This document shows positions 18,213 to 31,831 of a stretch of 64,000 nucleotides of DNA, piece by piece. The notes beneath the pieces are model-generated. The model did not search any database. It worked only from the letters and a program-made list of their open reading frames with translations, and had not been told where the DNA came from. This stretch comes from Eledone cirrhosa (Eukaryota): positions 57,784,001 through 57,848,000 of the forward strand of contig OZ024747.1 in NCBI GenBank assembly GCA_964016885.1. The letters run 5' to 3'. Every line of letters starts with the position of its first letter. Within the stretch, counting starts at the first letter, position 1. A program made the position numbers and the translations under genes.

Positions 18213-19239
18213 GATTACAAAAAAAAAAAAAAAAATTCTATTGTAATATTTTTTTGTACGTTTCTTCATTTTTCTGTTTCTTCATTTTTCTGTTTTTCTA
18301 TTATAAGATATATTTTATAAAATCTTCCTACATTTCTTCTAGAGTTGTACATATTTTTTTGTTTTACTTTATTGTTAACTACAATATATATTTGTGTCGG
18401 AATGTTTGGATTGGCAGACTTATTAAAGCCTCTAATTCGATGCTTTGCTGTATATATTCCGGCAATATGAGTTCCTAGTTCAAATCTCATCTCGTGTAAC
18501 CATAAAACCAATGATTCTTCTGCCAAGAGATGCAATCAGAAGATAACACCAACAAGGGGAAAAACTAACTGAAAACATGGCTTCCTGAATCCGATCCGGA
18601 AGATCTGCTTCTTTCCTTTCTTTTCATGATGAAATATTTGTTTTTCTTCTATCTATATATGTATGTGTTGCAATGTTGGTGTTGTCTGATTATTTTTTAA
18701 GTTTTTATTTTCATTTCATAGCAGACTTTTAAATCACAGAGGGAATAAAAAGAGACATGTTATTATTTTTGTTATTGCTGTTGTTCAAGTTGTTGTTTGC
18801 TGTCAGTGCGTAGCTGTTGTTTTTTGCTGTTGTTATTATTAATGTGTTGTTGCTGTTGCTGCTATTATTTTTTGCCTTTGTCACTATTGCTGCTATATAT
18901 TTATCAGTTCTACTATTGTGGTTGTTGCTGCCGTTATTGTTGTTATTAGTGTTGTTGTTGTCAGGAGTAAATATACACATAACTACTTTAACACGTGTAG
19001 ATAGTTGTGCAGAAATTTATTAAGCAGGCTTAATGTAATGCCCAGCATTATTAAAGTAGTACAGCATCAATAACAGCAACAACAACAACAACAACAGCAA
19101 CAACAATATTAACACCATTAATATTACGACCACCACTATCAACAATATCAGTAACACTATCAGTAACAATATCACAACAATATCAGTAACACTAACACCA
19201 ACTCCACAATAGCACCTCGCCAGTTCCACCGACTCAAAC

Positions 19240-21320
19240 AACACAACTAACAATAAAACCCCCACCAACAACATTACCACCACTAAGACCATAACTAACA
19301 ATAAAACCACCACCAACAACATTACCACCACTAGGACCACAACTAACAATAAAACCACCACCAACAACATTACCACCACTAGGACCACAACTAACAATAA
19401 AACCATCACCAACAACATTACCACCACTAGGACCACAACTAACAATAAAACCTCCATCAACAACATTACCACCACTAGGACCACAACTAACAATAAAACC
19501 ACCACCAACAACATTACCACCACTAGGACCACAACTAACAATAAAACAACCATCAACAACATTACCACCACTAGGACCACAACTAACAATAAAACCACCA
19601 CCAACAACATTACCACCACTAGGACCACAACTAACAATAAAACCACCACCAACAACATTACCACCACTAGGACCACAACTAACAATAAAACCACCAACAA
19701 CAACATTACCATCACTAAGACCACAACTAACAATAAAACCACCACCAACAACATTACCACCACTAGGAACACAACTAACAATAAAACCACCACCAACAAC
19801 ATTACCACCACTAAGACCACAACTAACAATAAAACCACCATCAACAACATTGCCACCACTAGGACCACAACTAACAATAAAACCACCACCAACAACATTA
19901 CCACCACTAAGACCACAACTAACAATAAAACCACCACCAACAACATTACCACCACTAGGACCACAACTAACAATAAAACCACCAACAACAACATTACCAT
20001 CACTAAGACCACAACTAACAATAAAACCACCACCAACAACATTACCACCACTAGGACCACAACTAACAATAAAACCACCACCAACAACATTACCACCACT
20101 AAGACCACAACTAACAATAAAACCACCACCAACAACATTACCACCACTAGGACCACAACTAACAATAAAACAACCATCAACAACATTACCACCACTAGGA
20201 CCACAACTAACAATAAAACAACCATCAACAACATTACCACCACTAGGACCACAACTAACAATAAAACCACCACCAACAACATTACCACCACTAGGACCAC
20301 AACTAACAATAAAACCACCAACAACATTACCACCACTAGGACCACAACTAACAATAAAACCACCATCAACAACATTACCACCACTAAGACCACAACTAAC
20401 AATAAAACCACCACCAACAACATTACCACCACTAAGACCACAACTAACAATAAAACCACCATCAACAACATTGCCACCACTAGGACCACAACTAACAATA
20501 AAACCACCACCAACAACATTACCACCACTAGGACCACAACTAACAATAAAACCACCACCAACAACATTACCACCACTAGGACCACAACTAACAATAAAAC
20601 CACCATCAACAACATTACCACCACTAAGACCACAACTAACAATAAAACCACCACCAACAACATTACCACCTCTAGGACCACAACTAACAATAAAACCACC
20701 ACCAACAACATTACCACCTCTAGGACCACAACTAACAATAAAACCACCACCAACAACATTACCACCACTAAGACCACAACTAACAATAAAACCACCACCA
20801 ACAACATTACCACCACTAGGACCACAACTAACAATAAAACCACCAACAACATTACCACCACTAGGACCACAACTAACAATAAAACAACCATCAACAACAT
20901 TACCACCACTAGGACCACAACTAACAATAAAACAACCATCAACAACATTACCACCACTAGGACCACAACTAACAATAAAACCACCACCAACAACATTACC
21001 ACCACTAGGACCACAACTAACAATAAAACCATCAACAACATTACCACCACTAGGACCACAACTAACAATAAAACCACCATCAACAACATTACCACCACTA
21101 AGACCACAACTAACAATAAAACCACCACCAACAACATTACCACCTCTAGGACCACAACTAACAATAAAACCACCACCAACAACATTACCACCTCTAGGAC
21201 CACAACTAACAATAAAACCACCACCAACAACATTACCACCACTAAGACCACAACTAACAATAAAACCACCACCAACAACATTACCACCACTGGGACCACA
21301 ACTAACAATAACACCAACAA
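19240..21320. repeat. 48-bp minisatellite, about 43 copies (accacaactaacaataaaaccaccaccaacaacattaccaccactagg)
   Basis: Direct reading. The unit translates as PQLTIKPPPTTLPPLG; occasional 45-bp units. Confidence 0.95.
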
Positions 21321-21719
21321 CATCCCTACCACTAGCACCAAAACATACAAACATACAACAATAACTATAATTACATAAACAAAAACTAAAATTACTAGCA
21401 TGAAGAGACAGAGGGAGGTGGAGGACACGATTTGTCGGAGACGTTGGGACGGTGGAGTAATGGGAGAGGAAACAGTACTGATGGAACATCCTCATAAAGG
21501 AGTTAATAGTGAGAAACAGGAGATGGTGTAAAGGGGAGGGAATCAGGAGGTATGCTGGAATGAAATCTAGTCAATTAATCTTACGTCTGTTGCCACTAAT
21601 TTCTAATTTAATGTTAGTTAGAGAAACAGTAACAGAAAGGAATGACAAGACAGATTGGAATCTTACAAAATAACATCGGATTGGCTGTTACTTCCAATTA
21701 AATCTGCTGGTATTATGAG

Positions 21720-22640
21720 AGTAGTAACAGTAGTGGTGGTGATGCTGTAGGTGGTGGTGGTGGGGGTGGTAGCGATGGTGGTGGTAGTGTTGGTGGTAGC
21801 GGTGGTGATGTTGGTGTTAGTGATGGTGATGGTGCTGATGGTGGTGGTGGTGGTGGTGGTATTATGAGAGTTGTGGTGTGATGGCGGTGTTGGTGATGTT
21901 AGTGATGGTGGTGGTAGTGGAGTTGATGATGGTGGTGTAATTATTTGTGGTTGGTGTTGGTGAGGGTGGTGATGATGATAGTGGTGGTGGTGTTGTTTGT
22001 GGTTGGTGGTGAGGTGGTTGTGGTGATATTGATGATGATGGTGTTGATATTTGTAGTGGTTGTGGTGGTTGTGAAGATGATTTTGTTGATTTTTGTTAGT
22101 AGTGAGGTGGTTCTGATGGTTGTGAAGATGATGATGGTGGTGTTAGTGACAGTGATGATGATGATGATCTTGTGGATTTTGGAAGGTAATGATTTTAGTG
22201 GTGATAATGATGATTGTAGTGATGGTGGTTTGGTTGTGGTGATGGTGCTGTTGTTGGAGGTGTTGCTGTTGTTATCGTTGTTGGTGGCGGTGGTGGTGCT
22301 TGCTGTTGTGGTTGGGGTAATGCTGGTGATGGTGATGACTATGTCAATGCTGTTGTTTGTGGTGATGGTGTTGGTGGGGGATTGGTAATGATGACTGGAG
22401 AAATGGGAGATGGTAGTCACGATGCTGGTAGAATGGTGATGTTAATGAATTGGTGGTACTCTTGGTTTTCGTGGTGCTTGCATTATTGGTATTGGTAGTG
22501 ATGATAAAAATTCGATGATTTTGGTTGTGATGACGGGGATAATGACGACGATAATGATGATGATGATGATAATGATATTAATGCTGCTGTTGCTGCTGAT
22601 GATGATGATGGTAATGATGATGATAATGACAATTATATTT
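21720..22640. repeat. Degenerate (GGT/GAT/GTT)n trinucleotide low-complexity region
   Basis: Direct reading. Confidence 0.85.
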
Positions 22641-22749
22641 ATAAATTGGCTTTGATTAAGTACAACCACTTATTTTTAGAGGAGTGGTAATTTGAAACAA
22701 GTACGATATTCAAGGGCATTTTCTACATTCCTTGTGAGAGGTGAACGGG

Positions 22750-22842
22750 AATAATTGTTTCTACCTTTTGACACAAGGCCAGCAATTACCCAGTGCATTA
22801 CTGGTACTTTATTTTATCGACCCCGTAAGGATGAAAGGCAAA
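22750..22842 (-). mobile_element. 5'-truncated SINE family S with 9-bp TSD
   Basis: gggaataat at 22747-22755 and 22844-22852. Confidence 0.85.
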
Positions 22843-23421
22843 GGGGAATAATGATAAATGTTGTAGCTCTATTTGAACCTTGAATGACATTGCAGTAACA
22901 CGATACATTATCTGAATCTACTCACTAGTCTCTCGCCTGATGCGTTCGTCGGTTCAATTTTAATGATAATGATGTTAATACAAAACACTATAATTGTTTC
23001 TAACAGAAGCAGAAAAAATAAAGAAAGATTTGCAGCTCCCACATATAAAAAATATAACTGGTCTCATGCAAAGATACATCTCATATGAAGTTGCTTTGGT
23101 GCTTTAATGATAGAAGCCTCAGTCCAATCATACAAAGCAGCATGGACTTGAGAATTATCTTCAAGAATACAGCGGGCCACACGGTCAAAGAATCGTATCC
23201 ATGACAATATGATCACTTGTCCAAACCCATAATGATAAGATCAAATTGTGTGGAGCGTTTGATTTGTCCACTGAATCGACCGTAACAAAGTACTGCTACT
23301 TCCTTTATTATAGATCGGAAGGATGTAATATAAAGTTAACTCAAGACAAATAGTCAAACTATATAAGGCAAGCCATTCTACCCGAAGCTCTAATGCTTCT
23401 GCCTATTCACAACCCTTGTGT

Positions 23422-23560
23422 GTATTGGCAGTATCAGTAGAGTGTCGGACAAGATGCTTTGCAGCATAGAGTTATGTCCTTTTACGTTCTGAATTCAAAT
23501 CCCACCGAGGTTAGCTTTGCATTTCATCCTTACTAGGCCGATAGTATAAAGCACCAGTGA
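23422..23560 (+). mobile_element. Old SINE family S copy
   Basis: ttggcagtatcagtagagtgtcggac...gaattcaaatcccaccgaggttagctttgcatttcatcc. Confidence 0.75.
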
Positions 23561-25219
23561 GACACTAGTGGTGCAACTAGAAGACTATTATGAAATAGCC
23601 AAGACAAGACGACAAAAATATCTAATGAAAAATTATGGAAAGTTAATACAAATAGCCATGAAACATGAAGAAAACAAAAACTTCCCTTTCGCCTTCTAGG
23701 AAGCCAACAAATGCAAAACAGACGCTGAAGTGACAGATAATTATGAGGTAAATGAAAACACGGAAGAAACAACAAAATCTGTGAAAAAGATAAAATCGTA
23801 ATTGAAAACAGATCTCCAGAATACTATGCTAAAACGATGGCAAGACTAATCATTACATGACCACTACTCGAACACCAATACTCGAACAAAAAAATACATG
23901 AATAGGGTGAAAGTAGACAAACGAAAATCACAAAACTGTTCAAGAAGAACTAGACTTGAGTTGGTATGTATACACACTGAATGGTATGCAAACACTATGC
24001 AATACAAACAAAGAAGGATTCAAACATAGACTGGCACAAACAGGGAGTAGGCTCAATCCCGCGAGTCATTCTCACCACACAGAATATTTACTGGAAAATT
24101 GAACCTTCCTTCAGCATATTCCTACATGACGAAATTGATAAGAATTTAGCTTAAGAGGAAAGTGCGTGTCTTTAATCAAATCATTTTAGTCTTCTTTACC
24201 ATACACTCTCTCTGACTATGAAAACAATAGAGAAGAGCAGCTGCTATGTTCTTCTAACGTTATATTTTGTGAAATTGGAATTGGGTTGCTACAGTTATAC
24301 ACAATTGAAAAAAATTAGTAGGAGGGGTGTTTGCTTAATTCAGTAAATTCGGTAAAATGCCTTGTAGTTAAAACTAAATTACGACCGTCACTCTTATCCT
24401 AACATATATTAGATATATGTAGCATAATTTCACTAAAGGGTTTAGGGGTTACAGCAATGGTGAGGAATGTCAAACACCTTCCTCTCTAGATTGAGTGGAA
24501 CATCCAGGATAGGACAGCTAGATTGAGAGAGGGCTGCATTAACACAGGATGATATTTTCCTTAGCGCGAAAAGGCGAAACGTAAAATTGATTTTTGCGGT
24601 ATTTAAACACAGTGTAGAACTAACCAAATCTGCCAAGCCGACTGCTTGTTATATTCAACTGAATAAATTGAATTAAGATGTTTGTTAGTTATAATAAAAT
24701 AATTCCAAGTAATATATGGCTGTTAGTTATAGCCAGTTATGTTATTTCATTATGATATGACTGGAAGTTATACTAAATTTTGAACATCAAGGAACATACA
24801 TATTAGTTATACAAAATGGGTAATTTTAGTAATATTGCTGATAGTTATACTGAACGAAATAAACAGAGCATGTTGTTTAACTGGATTATTTGTTTGCATG
24901 AAATGCCGCAGTGTGGCGTTATGTAAACCCCCGGTTGGATCAGTTGTTTACCACTGGTTGATTAATTAGTTTATATATAGCTGCTTTAATTTAAAAGGAA
25001 AAATTCCTTTTGGTTTCTTGACGTTATTTACACATCATCTCTGTCTTTTTCCTGAACGTGTTTATTCCTTCCGTTATAATATAGCAATTATCTGCATTAC
25101 ATAGTTAGCATTACAATGTTCCATTTACTGTGGTGGCAATAGTGGGAATTGAACACATCTCAATGTAGTTTAGAATTATATGGCACAACCTTTAGATTAC
25201 ACACACACTCACGCACACG

Positions 25220-25253
<34 letters not shown>

Positions 25254-25279
25254 AATACCCAAACACACACATATATACA

Positions 25280-25420
25280 TAACAAAGAAAGTGTGGTAAG
25301 GAATCAGGTAAACCATAACGCACCAAAGTACTCGATACTTAGGGTAGTAGAGGGGTAATAGGAAAAGAGTCAGGACCTCGACGGCTGAGCTCCGACCGTT
25401 TCGACAGCCAGATCGGAATT
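25280..25420 (-). mobile_element. PLE terminal repeat family B
   Basis: gtggtaaggaatcaggtaaaccataacgcaccaaagtactc matches 2353-2397; includes the gaaacgg...ccgtc hammerhead helix III on the minus strand. Confidence 0.8.
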
Positions 25421-25442
25421 AACACACACAGAATACTGGTGG

Positions 25443-25649
25443 GTTAGTTAATGCACCATTTCCGAGAAGAATTTGTTTCACCTCAAACAGTACATCAGCT
25501 CGGTTTAAATGATATGATACGTGGTGATGATCCGTTTGAGGTGAAACAAATTGTTTTCGGAAATGGTGTATTAACTGTTGTGGAACTACTTCTATCAAAT
25601 TCCTCCCATGGACTGAGTGCTCTACTAGTACGGACATAACCTTCTAGTG

Positions 25650-25653
<4 letters not shown>
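25443..25653 (+). mobile_element. Family C terminal repeat as a fold-back with a hammerhead-like motif in each arm
   Basis: tgatgatccgtttgaggtgaaacaaattgttttcggaaatggtgtattaactgttg resembles 61763-61818; 25443-25503 is its inverted copy. Confidence 0.75.
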
Positions 25654-25704
<51 letters not shown>

Positions 25705-27457
25705 ATATTATTGACAAATGTAAAGATTTATAAATGTTGATTTCTGATATATATAGGCCCAATCATTATCTGATGAGGGAGTTAATTATATTATCTTCAG
25801 TACATCACTAAGTTATCAAAGCAGGATTCGAACCTTACCGACTTTCACTCAAGCCAATGCTCTAAGTGTAAGTATTGCAAATATTTAATGTGTCAATAAT
25901 TAAGTGAATGTGTGTTTGCTTTCAAGAGTAATTTACTTAATGAAGTGGAACAGTAGTAACACTGATATATGGGATATTGTAGGCAACGTAAAAACGAAAT
26001 ATATTTATGGCGTGATCCTTAGAAATATGATATTCTAGTCAGAATGAAAAACAACAATATTCTCGTTTTTTGTTCCGGTGATAAGAATAGTCTATCCGCT
26101 GAAACAGCTACATAGATCCCTAATACATTATATTTTCTATTATATTTTTAACGATATGTATTTTTAATGACAAAAGGGGTTTATCGTATCTAAATTATAG
26201 TTCTCTCTCCACATAGTAATGCTCCTATAATTGACTGTTACTTGCTTGCACGCCATCAGTAATGTCCACATAGAAGTCATTGAACCTTGTAAAATAATGG
26301 ACAGTGTATGACTCATCTAAGTAAGCTGCTCCCCTCTTACAACACTCAGCCATATCCGGTCACGATCCTCTGATCCTTGCAATCATTAGATTAGCTATGG
26401 TGATCTGTTGACAATGTTATCTGCAGTTGTTGATATCATATCTGAATAGAATTTAAAATACATATTCATAATTGTCTCTTTCCTCTGTTGCTGCTGCTGC
26501 TGCCAGGCCGAGTTTGGCTTCGTCTTTCCCATCTAATCTTGTCCCACCTTCCCCTAAAAAAGCTAGAGAATCCCGAACATGTAATCATAATTATTTAGAA
26601 ACTAAAACTAATTATCAATGTTAAGACGGTAGATTACCCATATTGCTGAGTAACAGGGTAATTATTTATACAAATCTACATAAAGGCAGCTGCAAAGGTG
26701 AAATTGAATGAAAGATGATTATTTCTCATAGAGTTAAGACACGAGCTAGGATGTCCAGCTTACTTAATAATATTTTTCAATGTCTTTTTGTTTTTTCTCT
26801 TCTTGCCGCATAGTCAGAGAAGGAAGGACAGCGGGCAGCCCACTTTCAGGACTTTTAAGACTAGATGTGGCAGACCTGCCAGCCTCTAAAAGCCTAAACT
26901 GGGAGTACCATGAAATAAAATGCCCCAAATTGGGGAGAATTGAGAAAAAATGGGGCGATTATACATAATGAAATCTATACCCACTTTCAGAAGAGAAGAC
27001 ATCTCTCACCCAGCCGAAAATGGGTGGTAGATGACACCGTCCGACAGGGAGAGTTGACAGGTTTCGGGTGGTAGAGATAAAGATTCTTCATGCCATACAT
27101 CTTGGCTAATAGAGCACGAGAAATTGTCCATAAATTCAAATAACACATATATATTAGCATGGGACTACTATTAGATGAAGTAAATTAATTGAAATTAAGA
27201 AAGTTAAATTTGATATAGACACCGACATCAGAGAGCTAGACTAGAATCTCTCCCAGAAATATTAAGAAGTTGGTGGATTCATGTGAAATACAACACAGAA
27301 ATGGTGGTGCAATTTAGAAAACGTACTACAGAAGAATTAGCCTAATACATTAAAACAATTGACAGAATGTTAGAAATGATATAATACGTATAAAGTGGCT
27401 AGCTGAAAATCATTCGGTTTCCTAAATAGAATATTAGTCTAATGACTCCTGCTGCAC

Positions 27458-27770
27458 GAAGGCAAACTCTCCAAGTACCGGTCGCTCTCGGACAGGTTCG
27501 TGGTCGTGCCCTTGGTAGTGGAGACTTCTGGTGTTCTTGGCCCTAGGGCTCCCTCCCTATTCGCCACCATAGGCGCTGAGCTGGCCAGCCGCAAGTGTGA
27601 GCTTCGCGAGTTGGAATGGCTCTTCCAGCGCATCTCCTTTACCATCCTCCGGTGAAACGCCTTCTCCATTCTGTCCGCCGGGGCTGTGGGGAGTCCAGCA
27701 CGTGGGACACCATTTACTCACCATATGGATTAACACAAATAAATTATGTATTAGCAAAAACAAAAAAAAT
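27458..27770 (+). mobile_element. 3' end of a CRE-clade LINE (restriction-like endonuclease C-terminus)
   Basis: Translation EGKLSKYRSLSDRFVVVPLVVETSGVLGP...WLFQRISFTILR*NAFSIL fits the CRE pattern K..KY....F.P..VET.G..G...QRIS.AI.RGNA; A-rich tail at about 27737-27770. Confidence 0.8.
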
Positions 27771-27774
27771 GATA

Positions 27775-27912
27775 ACATATGTCGTTATGTAGAGCGTTGA
27801 GAACAATTTTACGCAAAGACAAAAAACCAAAACCACGTTTATGGTATAAATGGAGTAATTAGACTAATATTCTATTTAGGGAACCAAATGATTCTCAACT
27901 CTGGAGTTAAGA
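27775..27912 (-). mobile_element. Fragment of the family A non-coding derivative
   Basis: gagaacaattttacgcaaagac...ccacgtttatggtataaa...agactaatattct matches the reverse complement of the interior of 36250-36490 and 44490-44730. Confidence 0.6.
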
Positions 27913-28101
27913 ATAATTGTTTCTACTTTTGGGACAAGGCCAGCAATTACCCAGTGCATTACTGGTGCTTTATTTTATCGACCCCGTACGGATGAAAGGC
28001 AAAGTTAACCTCGGCGGGATTTGAACTCAGAATGGCAAGGGCCGTAACTCTATGCGTCAAAGCATGGCGTCCGACCCTCTAACGATACTGCTAATCCACC
28101 A
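27912..28101 (-). mobile_element. SINE family S, full length
   Basis: Consensus match to 15238-15427. Confidence 0.9.
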
Positions 28102-28416
28102 TGTAAATACATTTGTTGAACGGAAAAAAGGGTCTAGCCATTGTAATTACAAACCACAACCTTGACACAGTATACTGAATGTTTAGTGAATTGCAGAGCG
28201 CATTAGCGGCAATGAAATACAGCCATTCCGTAATTTCACCAGTGCGCGAGATGTTCCCCAGTCACCTGTGTTGATGCAGGAGTGTTGTCAGTGCCTATGG
28301 GAGGGAAGAATTTGGTTTGCCATGTCGGTATACTGTACTGATATTTTGGGAATGCGGAGATTACAGTGAGAATGAAGATGGTGCAATCACCTTGTATGTA
28401 TGTATGTATGTGTGTA

Positions 28417-28500
<84 letters not shown>

Positions 28501-29171
28501 CTGGTTTTATAATTTTATAAATGTTTATCAATAGAGAGAGTCGGTTTCTAACATAGATACAAGACTCTCTCGTTGGAATTTACACATCAACTAGGTAGAT
28601 TTGTATGCATGCGTGTGAAGTTATGGATGTTAATGTATGTGTGGATGTGTACGTTTTGAGTTATATGTGTGTATGTAAATATGCTTTGTATATGCAGTTA
28701 TTAGATGCAGAATTTTTAAAGGATAGTACTTGTAATTTCCTAACAAGTCGTGTTCTTGGTAAATTGTTGTTGATATTGTGTTCGGCTATGCTTTTTGTAG
28801 CAAATGCTTGTAAAATGAATTATGTATTTAGTCGGATATCTCTACGAATTCGAATAAAAGGTGTCTTCGGTGGATATAATTAGAAGAATATCTAGTTATT
28901 CAACACGAGTGGTAGTTGTAGAATTACTGTCGGAGATAGTATTCATCTTAAACCTAATAAATAGTCTACCACGTCAAAATGTGCGACTAATCACGTCGAA
29001 GGTATGTATGTAAGTATGTATCAATATATCTATATATGTATGTATATATGTGTTTATATGTATCTATTCATGTATGTATGTAAATATCTATATATGTATG
29101 TATGGATGTATAAATGTATACATGAATGTTTGTATGTATGTATATATATATATGCATGTTTCTATGTATAC

Positions 29172-29383
29172 CTCTCTCTCTCCACAGATCCTACACAGTG
29201 GGTTAGCCTCTTCCTTGTAAATATGGTGTTTCAGCCACTTCGTTTTGAGGGCCTGCCATTAGCATTCCTTCTGTAGCCTTTTTAAGGTCCCCTCTTTTCA
29301 ACCAGTTCCATGTCTGTGGATCTCTAAATTCAGTTTTCTCAAAGAAGGTACTATGACGGGATTTTTCATGAAGGTTGCTCTTC
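29172..29383 (-). mobile_element. Internal fragment of the R4/Dong-type LINE at 42216-44037
   Basis: Aligns with 42841-43062; joined directly to (TTA)n at 29384-29440. Confidence 0.88.
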
Positions 29384-29440
<57 letters not shown>

Positions 29441-29454
29441 GGCATTGGACACCC

Positions 29455-29622
29455 TGCTTCGTGGCATAGAGTTAAAATCCTTCTAAATTAAAATCCCCTC
29501 GATGTGAGCTTTGCCCTTCGTCCTTACGAGGTCGATAAAATAAAACACCAGTAATGCACTGGGGTCGATTTAATCGACTTTTCCTTCCTTCAAAATTGTT
29601 GGCCTTGGGCCTACATTAAAAA

Positions 29623-29665
<43 letters not shown>

Positions 29666-29667
29666 TA
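29455..29667 (+). mobile_element. SINE family S (long-tail variant) ending in (TTA)n
   Basis: tttgcccttcgtccttacgaggtcgataaaataaaacaccagtaatgcactggggtcgatttaatcgac...ggccttgggcc then (TTA)n. Confidence 0.8.
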
Positions 29668-30285
29668 ATATTGTTTTGTGCGCTTACAAAACAAAATATA
29701 ATAATGTGATAGGTTTAGCATGAGCTGCACACCAGGAACTCTCTCTCAAATCTGCATATTCATATCACAACCTATAGAGAGAAATAAAACAGACGGGGAG
29801 AAACGTAAGAATAGATGGTTTGTAAAAATCGCATGCTCGTCAGTAATGAATGGTGTATCTATAAGGAAAGATTGCAGCATCTAATTTAACTGAATAATAC
29901 ATGAATAAAACGGTATAAAATATCGACTGACTATTACATTATTCTAAACCTATATCTAAATATATACTTAGCAATATCACAGTGATGGTATCAGTTATTG
30001 TAAAGGAAGACTGTTCACTGTTATTGCTACGTAAGAGACGATTATCGAGGCAAAACGTACTGGAGTTATAATTTGCATAATGATGAGTGAGTAGGGAAGC
30101 AATATATGGCGTGCTAAGGTGTCATTTGTTCGTAGCTTCTCTGACGTGTTATATCCGGTCTAAAATGCTATTTCTGCAGTATCTATTTACGATCGTCTAT
30201 CATTGATGCGGCCTACACAGCAGTAGGACTTGGATAGCCTTCTTCGAACATATACATGCACACAACACGCGCGTGGACTCGTGTA

Positions 30286-30359
<74 letters not shown>

Positions 30360-30463
30360 TTGAAGGCGGCCGACCTGACTAGAAACTGCTAAATGTGTAG
30401 TCGCCTTCTTGTCTCTCTCTGCCTTTTCAGCCCTATGGATTATATTCCTTTGTTAAATTTCGA

Positions 30464-30521
30464 ATACCTGATGATGTCACCGGATTCATAGTGAACCAGG
30501 TCATTGAAATGATCATAGTAT
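30464..30521 (+). ncRNA. Type I hammerhead ribozyme motif (family H)
   Basis: atac CTGATGA [tgtcaccggattcatagtgaaccaggtcatt] GAAA tgatca TA gtat: helix I atac/gtat, palindromic helix III tgatca. Confidence 0.65.
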
Positions 30522-30585
30522 AATAAACCTTTAGGGAATTACACCAGTCCAGCCTCCTGTTATTATATAATATATATATATATAT

Positions 30586-30778
30586 AAAGAAGGAATAGTG
30601 GTAAGGAACCAGACGGACCATAACGCACTAAAGTACTCAATACTTAGGGTAGTAGAGTGGGTAATAGGAACGACGGCTGAGCTCAAGCCGTTTCGACGGC
30701 TAATTCTGGACTAATCAGCCGTCCAGAATTAGCCGTCGAAACGGCTTAAGCTCAGCCGTCGGGGTCCTACTCGTTCCT
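30586..30778. mobile_element. Family B terminal repeat, fold-back
   Basis: Minus copy 30586-30720 joined to plus copy 30721-30778; both carry gaaacggcttragctcagccgtc. Confidence 0.85.
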
Positions 30779-30818
30779 ATATATATATATACATATATAT
30801 ATATATAAACACACACAG

Positions 30819-30888
<70 letters not shown>

Positions 30889-31058
30889 ACAAGGAGAAAG
30901 AGACGATTATTAGGTAGAAAAATATACTTTTTTCATTTGTTATTTCTCTCTCTCTTTTTTCTGGGTTAGAAAATGATTAAAACGAAATGTTTTACTTAAG
31001 GTATTAGTTGATTTATTTATAATTAAGAATGGCATTTATTTATCTATTTATGTATTTA

Positions 31059-31123
<65 letters not shown>

Positions 31124-31458
31124 CTTTTGCCTGAAGTATATGACAACATTATATCCGTATACCTACAGAATAAATATAATTAAGATTGCGTAGATGCGTA
31201 AATAAATTATACATTTTTAGTATATAGTCATGTAAATATTTCAAATACGTATTTCCCTGGATATTGAGAAAAATATTTAACAGATTAACAAACCCAATTG
31301 ATCTTATTATCATGTAATTGTGTAAATTTATAAACACAGTTACGTTGTCTTCGTCACTTCTGTAAATATAGCGGGATTCAGATGTACTTCTGCTTTTAAA
31401 GGGGGAAGTGGATCTAGAATTAATTGTTATGTCATGTGTGTTGAATAGGTGTATACAG

Positions 31459-31550
<92 letters not shown>

Positions 31551-31553
<3 letters not shown>

Positions 31554-31798
31554 GGAGGTGAGTTTTATTGTAGTACAATAAAGCAATGCAGATATCGGAT
31601 AAGAAGCACTCTACAGTTTGTAGGACTGGAGTATACATAATATATAAGAACAAAAGATGGTTAAAAAGTGTTTTTTAACCTTCATATCATGTCCTCCTGT
31701 TTTATCTGATGAAAACACAAATATTATTGCATGATGATATTTGTTTTTGAAATGCGCATAATAAAATACATGGAACTCTTTTAACGATCTTTTGTTCT

Positions 31799-31806
<8 letters not shown>
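31551..31806. mobile_element. Family F hammerhead-bearing repeat in inverted arrangement
   Basis: 31551-31667 is the reverse complement of 63333-63448; 31740-31806 matches 63292-63360. Confidence 0.85.
31700..31766 (+). ncRNA. Type I hammerhead ribozyme (family F), intact core
   Basis: ttttat CTGATGA aaacacaaatattattgcatgatgatatttgttttt GAAA tgcgca TA ataaaa: 6-bp helix I, long helix II, palindromic helix III. Confidence 0.8.

Positions 31807-31829
<23 letters not shown>

Positions 31830-31831
<2 letters not shown>

Noticed and set aside
19020-21428. 802-aa Val/Leu ORF resembling a membrane protein
   Set aside because: Antisense reading of the 48-bp minisatellite with no domain content
21941-22669. 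Thr/Ile-rich and Val/Met-rich ORFs
   Set aside because: Degenerate trinucleotide repeat
23590-24000. Possible RTE C-terminal remnants (ISNEKLW-like and RRTRL-like words)
   Set aside because: Too degenerate to delimit or support
26780-27110. Possible host exon after a polypyrimidine tract and AG at about 26813
   Set aside because: All three frames stop within about 160 bp and no protein is recognisable; a non-coding exon cannot be excluded
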